Assembly: GCF_006345805.1 (NCBI RefSeq)
Contig: NC_043001.1
Location: 82,398,001 to 82,462,000, forward strand
DNA length: 64,000 nucleotides
Source: Octopus sinensis
Taxonomy: Eukaryota
Direction of reading: 5' to 3'
In this document: positions 63,905 to 64,000 of the stretch, one piece after another
How the letters are laid out: the number at the start of each line of letters is the position of its first letter
How positions within the stretch are numbered: position 1 is the stretch's first letter
The notes under the pieces: model-generated
What the model was told of the DNA's origin: nothing
Seen by the model: the letters and a program-made list of their open reading frames with translations, nothing else
Databases searched by the model: none
Made by a program: the position numbers and the translations under genes

Positions 63905-64000
63905 TATATATAATATCAACAATTGAGGGTAAAATTAATTAGTTATTAATCAATTTCACCAAAGTAGTGTTCAGTATGTAAAAGGACCATTTAAGGCGAA
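63905..64000. mobile_element. Start of another TA-anchored Penelope-like element (runs off window)
   Basis: AATTGAGGGTAAAATTAATT..ATTTCACCAAAGTAG..TTC.G.ATG.AAAAGGACCATTT matches the reverse complement of 53045-53125. Confidence 0.55.

Overview
This is AT-rich, microsatellite-saturated eukaryotic DNA with no recognisable host protein-coding exon, rRNA, tRNA gene or CRISPR array. The SINE families and (TA)n/(TATG)n/(GATA)n load suggest an octopod cephalopod genome (inference). Almost every long ORF in the track is a translated microsatellite. The real content is mobile DNA. It includes one apparently full-length L1/Tx1-clade LINE (16506-22365, minus; ORF1 with a CCHC knuckle, ORF2 with APE endonuclease, RT and zinc finger) embedded in (GATA)n on both sides, and a second Tx1 3' tail in another (TATC)n array. 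It also has three tRNA-derived SINE families (called A, B, C here), fragments of RTE, Dong/R4 and HERO-like LINEs, two Helitron remnants, three Tc1/mariner remnants, and mariner- and hAT-type MITEs. Several TA-associated Penelope-like/fold-back elements carry type I hammerhead ribozyme motifs. The most interesting signals are: (1) a candidate (GATA)n-targeting Tx1 family; (2) a SINE subfamily whose 3' stem-loop tail matches that Tx1 tail and that lands inside other SINEs; (3) hammerhead-bearing inverted-repeat elements, one with a near-intact ribozyme; (4) a second SINE/LINE tail pair (SINE C/RTE). Family labels and many boundaries were set by eye and are approximate.
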